64,000 bases of DNA from a virus. Of this stretch, positions 28,204 to 37,719 are shown one piece after another (the stretch's first letter is position 1; the number at the start of each line of letters is the position of its first letter). The translations under genes and the position numbers were made by a program. The stretch lies in IMG/VR virus record IMGVR_UViG_3300033412_000010, positions 3,346 to 67,345 of that record; one strand, 5' to 3'. Under the pieces are notes generated by a model. That model saw nothing but the letters and a program-made list of their open reading frames with translations, did not search any database and was not told the origin of the DNA.

Positions 28204-28775
28204 ATCCAAGATTCCCGCCGAGAAACACGCCGGAATACTACCGGTACATTGAAGAACTCTGGCTGAAAATCAGGGTCGACAACGATCGGCAATGGGCGAA
28301 GATTCGCGAAGTCGAGAGCCTGCTCACTGGTCTTGATCCGATTCTTTCAATCGTCAACCTCGGTTTCGGTCAAGATCTCGGCAGCGGTTCAGGCAGGGGG
28401 AGCGGGTCCGGTTCAGGGTCTGGAAGCGGCACAGGTTCGGGGAGCGGTTCAGGCAGCGGAAGTTTCTCGGGTTCATTCTGCTGCTTCACGTTTTCGATCG
28501 ATGCCGGGGTAGCATGTCCGTTCCTGAGTGGGACGATCACGATCCGAACGAACAGCGGCACTCCGCCCGGATGGGTTCTCGCGCCGGCGACGGCATTTCC
28601 TCCAGATCCTACGCGATGGTGGCTCTATGCATCCGATCCATTTCACTTCGTCCGGTATGAACTATTTGACGCCAACATTTGCGATGGCAGCGCGAAGACT
28701 TTTAATCTGCAATTCACTTTTGGTTGTCCGGATGCGCCGCTGACTCTTGAACTGACTCCGGCGGCATGTCCATGA
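28200..28775 (+). CDS. GS-repeat tail-associated protein, paralog 2 (Cys-containing C-domain)
   Basis: Same N-domain, (GS)n, then CC..C..C domain. Confidence 0.72.
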   Translation: MNPRFPPRNTPEYYRYIEELWLKIRVDNDRQWAKIREVESLLTGLDPILSIVNLGFGQDLGSGSGRGSGSGSGSGSGTGSGSGSGSGSFSGSFCCFTFSIDAGVACPFLSGTITIRTNSGTPPGWVLAPATAFPPDPTRWWLYASDPFHFVRYELFDANICDGSAKTFNLQFTFGCPDAPLTLELTPAACP

Positions 28776-28788
28776 TTGCTGAAAACTC

Positions 28789-29547
28789 ATGACAAGTCAC
28801 AAATGGCCACCGATGGGAAGTCCTGAATGGAAGCAGATGCTCGAAGAGCGCTGCGTTCAGGAGCGAGTCGACAACGATCGGCAGTGGCGTTACATGCGTC
28901 AGGCCAACAACCTCGTTTCCGGCCTGAATCCGATCATTAACATCGCTTCGTTTCCGCTCAGCATCGGCAGCGGGGAAGGCTCTGGAAGTGGAAGCGGTTC
29001 GGGAAGCGGTTCAGGCTCTGGAAGCGGAACCGGCAGCGGTTCGCGTGTCACGGAATACGGTGCATGCTGTTACTTCGACGGAACCCAATGGCTGTGCATC
29101 GACGGAGTCTCTGAAGCAGTTTGCAATGCGCTGCACTTCGCGGATTTCGAGCATACTGAACCATACTGTTGGAACCATACGCTTGACGGTGACGTGACCT
29201 GCGCAACCTATTACGCCGGGACAGGTCCGACCTGCATGCACTGTCAAGGCAGCGGCTCTGGCTCCGGTTCAGGGTCTGGAAGCGGCTCCAGCGGCGGTTC
29301 CGGGGCTGGTTCAGGAAGCGGAACAGGCTCCGGCGGCGGTTCAGGTAGCGGCAGCGGAACGTGCGGCGGCGACTGTTTCTACTTCGCGCAAGTTGCTGGT
29401 TCCGGCGGCCTGACTTGGCAACTCGGTTCGAACAGTTGCCTTGGAGATTGTCCACCATGCTTGACCGGCGCGGAGATGAACGCGAAATATGGACCGCCCC
29501 CCGGGCCGACGGCAACAACAACAACGCCATGCGGCGACACTCCGTAG
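28789..29547 (+). CDS. GS-repeat tail-associated protein, paralog 3 (two GS tracts, Cys-rich)
   Basis: Same N-domain, two (GS)n tracts, GACC..C Cys-rich modules. Confidence 0.72.
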   Translation: MTSHKWPPMGSPEWKQMLEERCVQERVDNDRQWRYMRQANNLVSGLNPIINIASFPLSIGSGEGSGSGSGSGSGSGSGSGTGSGSRVTEYGACCYFDGTQWLCIDGVSEAVCNALHFADFEHTEPYCWNHTLDGDVTCATYYAGTGPTCMHCQGSGSGSGSGSGSGSSGGSGAGSGSGTGSGGGSGSGSGTCGGDCFYFAQVAGSGGLTWQLGSNSCLGDCPPCLTGAEMNAKYGPPPGPTATTTTPCGDTP

Positions 29548-29556
29548 AAAGAATCC

Positions 29557-30423
29557 ATGAAGACTTTGCATCTGTCGCATCCCGGTCGTTATTGCGCCGG
29601 ACTCGGGGACTGCATCACATGGGCTTGGCTGGCGAATGGTCCAGTTCCTTTGCAGTTTTGGGCTGAAGGGAAAAACCGTGAAATGCTGGACTTGCTCGGT
29701 TGCCGAATGACAGACAGTCCGCAGGACGCGCTCGATCCTCACGACGCCTACAATCGCGAACTGCACGAGCGATGCCAGCGCCCGCGCGCCGAGATTTGGG
29801 CGGAATACCTCGGGATTCCCTGCGAACCAAAACGCCCGACGCTACGTCTGCCGGACCATGAGTTCATGCGGCGCCGGGTTGCGTTGTGTCCTCACACTCA
29901 TTTTCACGTCAGGGAATATCCGCCGGCGTATTGGATGGATTTGAACTGGTCGCTGAGGGCAAGGAACGTCGATGTTGTGTGGATCATGGAACACGACGAC
30001 AAGCAGTACGTGAACCGGGGGCCGTCAATGGCCTATTTCGGATTTCCGTTGCGAGACGTGGCGGCAATGCTCGGTTCGTGTGCCGTTGTCGTCGCAAACG
30101 ATTCGATGCCGGCTCATCTGGCGGGAACGCTGGGAAGGCCGACGATTGCTCTGATGGGGCCGACGCATTGGAATGTCTTCGCACACATTTCAAACGTGCA
30201 TCCGATGCATAGCGAGATTTCAAAATGCGCCGGCTGCCACTTTGGAAAGCCGTTTCGCGCAGCCTGCGATATGATGTGTCAGGCGATGATGACGCTTTTG
30301 CCGCAAGACGTCGTAACAACTGTCAGTTTTATTTTGGAAACGCTCGATGATCCACGAAGAATTTCTCCAGGCGTATCTACCAACGAAACGGCAGGCGCTG
30401 GCAATCAACGTCGGCGCGCATGA
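29557..30423 (+). CDS. glycosyltransferase family 9 (heptosyltransferase-like)
   Basis: VVVANDSMPAHLAGTLGRPTIALMGPT GT9 signature; C-terminal CAGC...CDMMC. Confidence 0.82.
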   Translation: MKTLHLSHPGRYCAGLGDCITWAWLANGPVPLQFWAEGKNREMLDLLGCRMTDSPQDALDPHDAYNRELHERCQRPRAEIWAEYLGIPCEPKRPTLRLPDHEFMRRRVALCPHTHFHVREYPPAYWMDLNWSLRARNVDVVWIMEHDDKQYVNRGPSMAYFGFPLRDVAAMLGSCAVVVANDSMPAHLAGTLGRPTIALMGPTHWNVFAHISNVHPMHSEISKCAGCHFGKPFRAACDMMCQAMMTLLPQDVVTTVSFILETLDDPRRISPGVSTNETAGAGNQRRRA

Positions 30424-30976
30424 CGGCCTTTGGGTCGACAAGTTCAAGGATCTTTTCTCGTCGGTCATCGCCGTGGAGGCGAATCCGAAATACGCGGAAC
30501 GCCTGCGAAAGACGTTTCTGGAACCGCCGATCGGCAATGTCCAGGTCGTGAATGCGGCCGGCTGGATCTGCAGCGGGCAGGTCATGCGGTTCAACGTTCG
30601 CGATGGAGTCCCCATGCAGTCGGCGCTGGCCTGTCGGGATCTACTGCGGGAAGATGCCGTTTCACAGACGATCGACGTTCCGACAATCTGCATTGACGAC
30701 ATTCAAAAAGACGCCTGCGATCTGCTTTGGGTCGACGTCGAAGGGGCCGAAGTCCAGGTCATGATGGGGGCCACGCGAACGATCGAGGCGTACCATCCGC
30801 AGATTGTTGTCGAGTGTCACGAGGTCGAACATCGGGCTTGGATGATGACATGGCTGATGCGCGCGGGCTACAATATTGCGGTGATTCACAATCCGACGAT
30901 CGGCCAACAGGATTCCTTGTGGGACCGGAACACGCATCTGATCGGAACGTACTGGCAGTACCGCGGGACATGGTGA
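30347..30976 (+). CDS. FkbM family methyltransferase
   Basis: INVGAHDG, VIAVEANP, DLLWVDVEGAE motifs. Confidence 0.85.
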   Translation: MIHEEFLQAYLPTKRQALAINVGAHDGLWVDKFKDLFSSVIAVEANPKYAERLRKTFLEPPIGNVQVVNAAGWICSGQVMRFNVRDGVPMQSALACRDLLREDAVSQTIDVPTICIDDIQKDACDLLWVDVEGAEVQVMMGATRTIEAYHPQIVVECHEVEHRAWMMTWLMRAGYNIAVIHNPTIGQQDSLWDRNTHLIGTYWQYRGTW

Positions 30977-30977
30977 A

Positions 30978-31394
30978 ATGAAACGCTGCTTGGTTCTTCT
31001 GGTTGTGCTGTCTGGTTGTTCTCTGGCTTCGCCTCACGAGTACGCGGCGAGAGATTGGATTGAGAGACAGTATCAGGGCGACCAGATTTCGTTCCTCTCG
31101 TTCTCAGGCCCCGTCAAGCTCGGGCCGGACGTCAAGAGCGAAGCCGATTCGATGCTACTGGAAGAGCATCCCAACGAACGGGACAGGGCGGCGCGAATCG
31201 CCTACGTTTCTGTTTCCGTGGCAAACCAGTCGCATCTGATGCGGGTTAAATATCGGGTCCAGATCGAAGGCGGCGCGGCCGAACTGCATGATGAGATCAT
31301 GTTTTTCGATGAGTCCGTTCCGGTCAGCGTTCAGGATGCGACATCGGAAGCTTTCAAAATCTGGTTGAAGGATGAACAGATCGACGTTCATTGA
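30978..31394 (+). CDS. putative lipoprotein
   Basis: MKRCLVLLVVLSGC lipobox. Confidence 0.7.
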   Translation: MKRCLVLLVVLSGCSLASPHEYAARDWIERQYQGDQISFLSFSGPVKLGPDVKSEADSMLLEEHPNERDRAARIAYVSVSVANQSHLMRVKYRVQIEGGAAELHDEIMFFDESVPVSVQDATSEAFKIWLKDEQIDVH

Positions 31395-31406
31395 AAGGGC
31401 CGTTCA

Positions 31407-31811
31407 ATGCTTGTCTTCGCGCCTGGTTGTTGGGACATGCTGCATTGGGGTCACGTTCAATTGCTGGAGAGGGCCGCGCGGCAGGGTTCTAAGCTGATTG
31501 TCGGGTTGAATTCGGATGCGTCCGTAGCGAGGCTCAAGGGCCCAACAAGGCCGGTCATCAAATATGACCAGCGATACGGGATGCTGAAGGCTTTGCGATG
31601 CGTTGACGACGTGATTCCGATCGTCGAAGACACGCCTTGTTCGTTGATAAAAATGCTTCGACCGGCCATTCTTATCAAAGGGCCCGGTTATCTGGCAGAA
31701 GAAATGCCGGAATACGAAATCATGAAAGCGTTCGGCGGGCGAATCATCGTCATGGATGGGCCGGACATTTCGACAACAAAGCTTGTTCAACGTCTCCAGG
31801 GGGCGGCTTAA
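31407..31811 (+). CDS. hldC: D-glycero-beta-D-manno-heptose 1-phosphate adenylyltransferase-like (RfaE domain II / HldC)
   Basis: GCWDMLHWGH (HxGH), LIVGLNSDASVARLKGPTRP, EDTP, KG motifs. Confidence 0.82.
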   Translation: MLVFAPGCWDMLHWGHVQLLERAARQGSKLIVGLNSDASVARLKGPTRPVIKYDQRYGMLKALRCVDDVIPIVEDTPCSLIKMLRPAILIKGPGYLAEEMPEYEIMKAFGGRIIVMDGPDISTTKLVQRLQGAA

Positions 31812-31825
31812 ATATCCCCAACAAA

Positions 31826-31853
31826 TTGACGTTTCGCCGTAACGTGGTATCTT
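31826..31853 (+). promoter_or_regulatory. sigmaA-like promoter
   Basis: TTGACG-N16-TATCTT with GG before the -10 box. Confidence 0.5.
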
Positions 31854-31881
31854 GTTCGGAACTCTGGACAAGGACCGCTTT

Positions 31882-32388
31882 ATGCAAAACGCGACTGAAT
31901 CGGACATTGCCAAGATTCTTAATTCCGACAAGGAATTCTTCGGTCCGGCTGGTGACGCGACGTTGCAATCGGACGGACTTCTGCCAACAACAGTTCTTGA
32001 AAATCTGCTAACCGGGTCATATTCGATGATCCCGAATCCAGTCGCAGGTCCGCAGGTGCTTGCTCCAATCGACGAAGCGGCGCTTCTTTCGATCGCTCCG
32101 ACAGCAGTTGCCAAAATGTCGGACGCGATGCTGATCGAAGTCGGCAATCGAATCAGGGCGAACGATCGGACCGGTCTAATTGCATGGGGCAACGTGTCCG
32201 TGATCCGCGGTACAATGCTTAAAAGCGAGGCCGAAGCGGTCGGAAAGTTGCTTGCGGCAACGATTCCAGATCCTGATTGGCCAGCAACAGTTCCGGCGCC
32301 TTCAAAACTGGATGCGGCCGGATTGTCTTGGAATCATTCGACTCTTGCGGGCTTGATCGATTCCGCTCTCAAAAGGACCGCGAAATGA
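31882..32388 (+). CDS. hypothetical protein
   Basis: ATG with AAGGA RBS; translationally coupled to the next gene. Confidence 0.65.
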   Translation: MQNATESDIAKILNSDKEFFGPAGDATLQSDGLLPTTVLENLLTGSYSMIPNPVAGPQVLAPIDEAALLSIAPTAVAKMSDAMLIEVGNRIRANDRTGLIAWGNVSVIRGTMLKSEAEAVGKLLAATIPDPDWPATVPAPSKLDAAGLSWNHSTLAGLIDSALKRTAK

Positions 32389-32837
32389 CATGGACCAATG
32401 ACGATCTGCTGGCATTGAAATCAGAGTTGACGAACGACCCCGCTGACCTTGGGTTGACGGTCGATTCGGCGGACGATGAGGCGAACGCGAATAAACTGAA
32501 TGCAGCAAGCGAATCAATCCAAGTCCTGCGTTACTCGCTGTCGGCGAGCGACCTGTTCAATTGCGTCGATCCAAGTGAGTTTCAATCTCTCGGTGCCGGA
32601 CAGCAGGCATGGTTGAATGCGGTGTTGAATCTCAATCAGATCAATCCGTATTCGAACACGCAGATCATCACAGGGATTCGGAATCTGTTCAGCGCTCAGA
32701 CTGGAACACGTCCGGCATTTGAGGACGCGATTGTCGAAGTAGGAAGTCGAATCACGCAGTTGTTCCAGGATGGAACTTTGTCGAACGATGCCCAAGTCAC
32801 TCCGTCAGACGTTGCCAATGCACGGAACGCAACTTGA
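32385..32837 (+). CDS. hypothetical protein
   Basis: MTWTNDDLLALKSELTNDP...; ATGA coupling. Confidence 0.7.
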   Translation: MTWTNDDLLALKSELTNDPADLGLTVDSADDEANANKLNAASESIQVLRYSLSASDLFNCVDPSEFQSLGAGQQAWLNAVLNLNQINPYSNTQIITGIRNLFSAQTGTRPAFEDAIVEVGSRITQLFQDGTLSNDAQVTPSDVANARNAT

Positions 32838-32849
32838 GCGAGGCGAAGC

Positions 32850-33551
32850 ATGGTCGATTCTTCGCCGTCAGAATTGGAAGTGGCTCGCGATATCGCTTTG
32901 GCGATGCTTGCTCAAACTGGAATTGGGGCATGGAAAGACGCGAACGCGGCGACACTTAATCGGATCGGGATCTCCGCCGCTTATCTGACAGTTCTATTGA
33001 AAACGAACCTTGGATTACCGGGTACAAACGACATGGCAATAACAGCAGTTTTCAGAACTCAGTCAGGTACAGCCAAGACTCTTGCCTCATCGGGCGGGAC
33101 GGTCGCTATTACGCTGACGTCGCTCGGCAACGGAAGCATGCGTCAAGCGGCGACTCTTGACCTTGGGGAGACTCGTGCGGCACTGTATCGCTTGGACGTG
33201 GCCTACGAATTGGCGGCGACTCCTACGGCAGGGAATGCCATCAATCATTTTGTGGCGTGGAGCGATTCGAGCGGAGCAAGTCAGGCCAACACAAGTGGGA
33301 GTGATGCAGCATATTCCGGATATTCTTCGAACGCGGCGGCATCGGTGAAGGAACTCGATTTCCTCGGGGCACACATCTGCACGGCTCAAGCGACATCAAC
33401 TGTTCAGAAGAGTTTCGTTGGCGTGTTCTCTCCCAAAGGACGTTATCTGAATCTGGTCGTTGACAATGAATCTGGAGCGGCGTTCCATTCGTCCGCAACG
33501 AACTGCATCATTACGCTGACACCAATCGAAGACACGTCGGAGCCGTCCTGA
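32850..33551 (+). CDS. beta-rich tail accessory protein
   Basis: Thr/Ser/Ala-rich; lies in the tail-fibre cluster. Confidence 0.6.
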   Translation: MVDSSPSELEVARDIALAMLAQTGIGAWKDANAATLNRIGISAAYLTVLLKTNLGLPGTNDMAITAVFRTQSGTAKTLASSGGTVAITLTSLGNGSMRQAATLDLGETRAALYRLDVAYELAATPTAGNAINHFVAWSDSSGASQANTSGSDAAYSGYSSNAAASVKELDFLGAHICTAQATSTVQKSFVGVFSPKGRYLNLVVDNESGAAFHSSATNCIITLTPIEDTSEPS

Positions 33552-33552
33552 T

Positions 33553-35136
33553 ATGGCCAACACGCACGTCCTGCGAAGGGGGTCTTACGCGAATGGATTC
33601 GCCCCTCGCGATTTCCTGCCGTATTATCATCGACTGCAATCCGGCCAAGTGCTGGCGATGGCTCCGTGTCTTGGTCCGACAGGCGTCGTTCTGAAGGATT
33701 GGGGCGGATACAAAAACGACGGGACGCTGACGAACTTCACGCTTAGTACGGATTGGGTTCAGAAAGACCAAAAGACGGCATTGTCGTTCAACGGAACGAA
33801 TGCGTACGTCACGATGCCGCATCGCGCTGCTTATGCAACCGCGACAATCACTGTCGGCGGGTGGGTCAATATCACTGCCAAAGGCTCGACGAATTCCAAC
33901 GGGCCGATTCTGATCAAGGGGACGCTCTCAGGCGATTCAACGAGCGAATGGAGTCTTTATTATAACAAAGGGCTTGATCGATTCCGTTTTTTCATCATGA
34001 ATGCCAGTAATTCGATTTCGATCGTGTCGGCGAACACGCTCGGCGTTCCTGCGCTCAATACATGGTATTTCGTCGAAGGGAAATACGATGGGGCAACGCT
34101 GTCGATCTGGATCAATGGGGTTCTTGACACGAGCACGTCCGTATCAAGCGGATTGAGAACGAACGGAACTGCATCATTGTTCATTGGCGATGATCCCGGC
34201 AATGCGAACTGCTTTCTCGCTGGATACGGCGACGACTGGTTCATCAAAACCTACGCAACCACGGCATCAGAATCAATCACCAGATACGCAGGCGGATTCG
34301 GGAGAGGTATTGCCTATACGCCGAAGACACGAATGTTCTTCGGTTCAAGTTCCGATTTACCCGATCGATTAGCGAATCTCGCAGCGATGCTTGATGCAGT
34401 TGCAGCATCCGGGATGATGCTCGTTGCCGGGGACGCAAGCGCAACAAATAATGTCGGACCGGAAACCGCCTTGAGCACGTTGGCCGCCGCAGTTGCTGCG
34501 AGCGCTTCGGGATCGACCGTAGAATCTGTTTCCGGTTCCGGTTCAAACGCTGTCGCGGCAAGCACAAACCAAAGCGTTGACGAAACCATGTCCGGGACCG
34601 GAGCGACCGGTATTGTCGGGCATGCATCTGGAACCGTTCAGGAGTCGCTGGAGTCGATTCTGGCTGGCAGCATTCAGGCGGTGTTGAATACGTCGCTCCA
34701 GGACGTCTCAGAGAGCGCCACGGCTGCAAATGCGGTCGCGTCGACTCTTTCACAGGCTTTGCAGGATGGAACGCTCTCGGCGGTCTCTGTCGCATCCGTG
34801 GCATCGATTCTGTCTCAGACGCTCCAGGGCGAGAATCTCGAGGCGGTTCTGACGGTCGCCAGCGGCGCGTCATTGTCGCAGACGATCGGCAAGATCTGCT
34901 TGGCTGCAACGGGAACGTCGCCGTTGGACGGGCGCGTGGCGGTCCTGATTCAAACGCTTCAGGACGTTCATCTGGTCGCAGTTGGCGGCACAAAAGTCTT
35001 CGGGCCGTTCCGAATTGTCAGATCGATCGTTACACTGCCGGGGTCGATTGAGGTTCAAATCAATCTGCCTGGCTCTGAAGTCTCGCAGATCAATCTGCCG
35101 GGTTCGGTCCGAACAGTCATCAACGCGGAGCACTGA
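33553..35136 (+). CDS. LamG/concanavalin-like lectin domain tail fibre protein
   Basis: ALSFNGTNAYV, TITVGGWVN, NTWYFV..KYDG..LSIWING LamG motifs; low-complexity C-terminal repeats. Confidence 0.78.
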   Translation: MANTHVLRRGSYANGFAPRDFLPYYHRLQSGQVLAMAPCLGPTGVVLKDWGGYKNDGTLTNFTLSTDWVQKDQKTALSFNGTNAYVTMPHRAAYATATITVGGWVNITAKGSTNSNGPILIKGTLSGDSTSEWSLYYNKGLDRFRFFIMNASNSISIVSANTLGVPALNTWYFVEGKYDGATLSIWINGVLDTSTSVSSGLRTNGTASLFIGDDPGNANCFLAGYGDDWFIKTYATTASESITRYAGGFGRGIAYTPKTRMFFGSSSDLPDRLANLAAMLDAVAASGMMLVAGDASATNNVGPETALSTLAAAVAASASGSTVESVSGSGSNAVAASTNQSVDETMSGTGATGIVGHASGTVQESLESILAGSIQAVLNTSLQDVSESATAANAVASTLSQALQDGTLSAVSVASVASILSQTLQGENLEAVLTVASGASLSQTIGKICLAATGTSPLDGRVAVLIQTLQDVHLVAVGGTKVFGPFRIVRSIVTLPGSIEVQINLPGSEVSQINLPGSVRTVINAEH

Positions 35137-35138
35137 CA

Positions 35139-35750
35139 ATGCCGATCCAATTTTCCGTTGCCATTCGAAATGCGTTGTTGGACGCCATTGAGACGCAGGG
35201 CGGGACTCTGCCGTTCCTTGACCTGTTCAACGGGACTTTGCCGGCGACGTGCGCAACGGCGAACGCAGGCACTCAGATCGCATCAGGCCAATTGCCATCG
35301 GACTGGATGGCGGCGGCAGGCTCCGGTGCGAAAGCGAAAACTGGGACTTGGACAACGACAGGCGTTTCCGGCGCCGGGGCCGGGACCGCCGCGCAGTATT
35401 GGCGATTGTTTGCTTCAGATCATACGACCTGCATCGCGCAAGGTTCCGTAGGGCCCGCATCGAATCCGACGCAGGCCGGGACATGGTCCGCCAATTCAAC
35501 TGCGGTGACTCTCTCGGGAACAAACTCAGCGATCGTTGTTGGTATGACCGTTACAGGGACCGGGATTCAGGCCGGAACATACGTCTCGGCAATTTCAGGA
35601 ACTGCGTTGACGCTTTCGCAGAATGCTTTGGTTGCTGGTTCTGGAACAACTTTGACGTTTGCCGGGGACATGACTCTGGACAATACGTCGGTCGCCAATA
35701 ATCAGATCGTAACCGCGTCCAGCTTCACACTGACTGCCGGCAATTCGTGA
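35139..35750 (+). CDS. phage tail accessory protein
   Basis: MPIQFSVAIRNALLDAI..., widely seen phage structural pattern. Confidence 0.65.
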   Translation: MPIQFSVAIRNALLDAIETQGGTLPFLDLFNGTLPATCATANAGTQIASGQLPSDWMAAAGSGAKAKTGTWTTTGVSGAGAGTAAQYWRLFASDHTTCIAQGSVGPASNPTQAGTWSANSTAVTLSGTNSAIVVGMTVTGTGIQAGTYVSAISGTALTLSQNALVAGSGTTLTFAGDMTLDNTSVANNQIVTASSFTLTAGNS

Positions 35751-35760
35751 TTGGGGCGGC

Positions 35761-36132
35761 ATGTCACAGACAACGGCAAATCTTGGCACAACGGCTACGA
35801 TTCTTTCCAGGGTCGTCGGAGTCACGCAGGCTTTAGTGACTGTTGCTTCCGTTGGAACGCTGACTCGCCGCATCTTCAATGTCTCGACGGAACCGCCGAC
35901 GATCGTCGAAGCTGATACAGAATTGGTGATCGAGGACGTCATCTTCGACGTTCCGCAGACTGACGAAGGCTGGGGCAATTCTTCGGCAGGCTACAATTTC
36001 AAAGATCGCTTTCTCTGCTCAGAGGAAGGCGAACTGGAAGTAGTCTACACGTTCACGGACACGTCGGACGGTTCGAATCCAGTCGTCGACACCCATCTGA
36101 TTCTTGTCGCAAACGTCCCTGCCGATTCTTGA
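35761..36132 (+). CDS. hypothetical protein
   Basis: 123 aa; YNFKDRF motif; tail cluster. Confidence 0.6.
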   Translation: MSQTTANLGTTATILSRVVGVTQALVTVASVGTLTRRIFNVSTEPPTIVEADTELVIEDVIFDVPQTDEGWGNSSAGYNFKDRFLCSEEGELEVVYTFTDTSDGSNPVVDTHLILVANVPADS

Positions 36133-36135
36133 GCG

Positions 36136-36390
36136 ATGCGCCTACTCTATCATCCATTCCCCGACGACAAGTCAAGCCTTTTGCCGTGCCGATTCCGCGG
36201 GCAAGTCGTTGACGTACGCAAGTGTGAAATCTGCGGCAGCGCGGCTGGGAACAGGGGTTCCGGAATTCCGATCAGGCTCTGCACGTTTGAGGTCAACGGA
36301 CAGCAACCGCATCCGAAGTGCGCTCATTCGGCATTTGAAACGATGCGGACGGTTGCGTATTGTTCGGCCTGTCCTGATCGAAAGGAATAA
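36136..36390 (+). CDS. small Cys-rich protein
   Basis: Seven Cys in 84 aa (CEIC, CSAC). Confidence 0.65.
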   Translation: MRLLYHPFPDDKSSLLPCRFRGQVVDVRKCEICGSAAGNRGSGIPIRLCTFEVNGQQPHPKCAHSAFETMRTVAYCSACPDRKE

Positions 36391-36414
36391 ATCAAACAGT
36401 AGCGGGGAACTGTC

Positions 36415-37341
36415 ATGCGCAAGCGAATCACTGTAATCGGCGATTTGATGATCGACGTCGACCATTCCGTTATCGGAACGACGCACAGGGAAGGCCGGAC
36501 CTGCATTCACGTTCGCGAATCACGCAGACGACTCGGAACGGCCGGCGCCGTCGCTCAAATGGTCGCAGCGCTCAATGTCGACGTCATGCTGGTTGCGACG
36601 GCGTTTATCGACGATATGCAATGGGTACGTCGGCAAGTTCCTGGGAACAGTTTCATTCTCGGGACTTCAGGCATCACGACTCGCCGTGAACGGTTTTACG
36701 ATGACGAGAATTGGGAAGTTTCCGGTCCGCGGCTGGACTTCGACTCGGAAACGCAACTCGATCGCGACGATCACGCGAGACTGGCGTCCAGGGCCTGCGG
36801 AAGCGCCGCCGATGCCTTCATTGTCTGCGATCATGCACGCGGCGTCGTCACCGATGCGCTGATGGATCAATTGAGGGCGGCACGAAAGCCGGTGTTCGTC
36901 GATCCGCATCCTCATAGCGAATGGGCGGCGTTTCGTTCTGTCGAAGCACTGGTGATGAATCGTCAGGAAGCCTTGGCGGCGACACAAGCGGAACCGGCGC
37001 CGAAGCACATCATTTCGAAAATGGACCAAGACGGCCTTTGGTGGTATCAGAACGGATGGCAATTGGCTGAAACAGTTCCAGGGGAGTTCGATTCACACAG
37101 GCTTCATTTCCCAAGTATGGCGAGAGAGATCGTCGATACGATCGGGGCCGGGGACCAGTTCATTGCCGCGCTCGCATGCGCTCGAGTCAACGGAGACGAT
37201 ATGGCGACGGCGATTGTCAAAGCGAACGCGGCGGCCGGGCTGCAGTGCGAACGAAGGGGAATCACGCCTGTCAGATGGACTGAAATCAATGAACGCCTGA
37301 ATCAGAACCAGACTTCGGAACCGGCAGGGCAACCCGGATAG
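36415..37341 (+). CDS. hldA: PfkB-family kinase, heptose-7-phosphate kinase-like (RfaE domain I / HldA)
   Basis: ITVIGDLMID, RLGTAGAVA, CDHARGV, PVFVDP, DTIGAGD motifs. Confidence 0.78.
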   Translation: MRKRITVIGDLMIDVDHSVIGTTHREGRTCIHVRESRRRLGTAGAVAQMVAALNVDVMLVATAFIDDMQWVRRQVPGNSFILGTSGITTRRERFYDDENWEVSGPRLDFDSETQLDRDDHARLASRACGSAADAFIVCDHARGVVTDALMDQLRAARKPVFVDPHPHSEWAAFRSVEALVMNRQEALAATQAEPAPKHIISKMDQDGLWWYQNGWQLAETVPGEFDSHRLHFPSMAREIVDTIGAGDQFIAALACARVNGDDMATAIVKANAAAGLQCERRGITPVRWTEINERLNQNQTSEPAGQPG

Positions 37342-37632
37342 AGCGCCGGAAGCAGGATCACAACCTCAAACTGAGGCGTGAAGACTTCGCCGAGAATATT
37401 CAGGCATGTCGGCGAATGAACGTAGTGATCTTTCGGCCTGAACCCGCAATCGCGGCAACGTCCGTTCAGGTCGACTTTGTCTTTCCAGCCGGGGTAAAGC
37501 TCGATGATGCGCTCGTCGCAGGACGTCCACAACAGATGACACATGCGCGAATGGCAGTGTTTCCGAAACGGCCTTTGGCAGAATCGGCACGGTTGCGCCA
37601 AGTCCATGTTTACGATTCCGTTCGGATTTATG

Positions 37633-37719
37633 TTGACGCAATCGGCGATATATAGTATCGTTTGCCGCATCAGTCGCGGACGTCGCGACGATCTAAACAC
37701 CGGACGACGGGGAAAGCAA
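37633..37719 (+). promoter_or_regulatory. sigmaA-like promoter plus conserved hairpin leader (copy B)
   Basis: TTGACG-N17-TATCGT, then TCGCGGACGTCGCGA (37674-37688); paralogous to 10684-10774. Confidence 0.65.

Noticed and set aside
28130-29360. GGTTCAGG/GGCAGC-type repeats as a CRISPR array or DGR template/variable repeats
   Set aside because: Synonymously varied Gly-Ser codons within ORFs; no reverse transcriptase and no adenine-specific mismatch pair seen.
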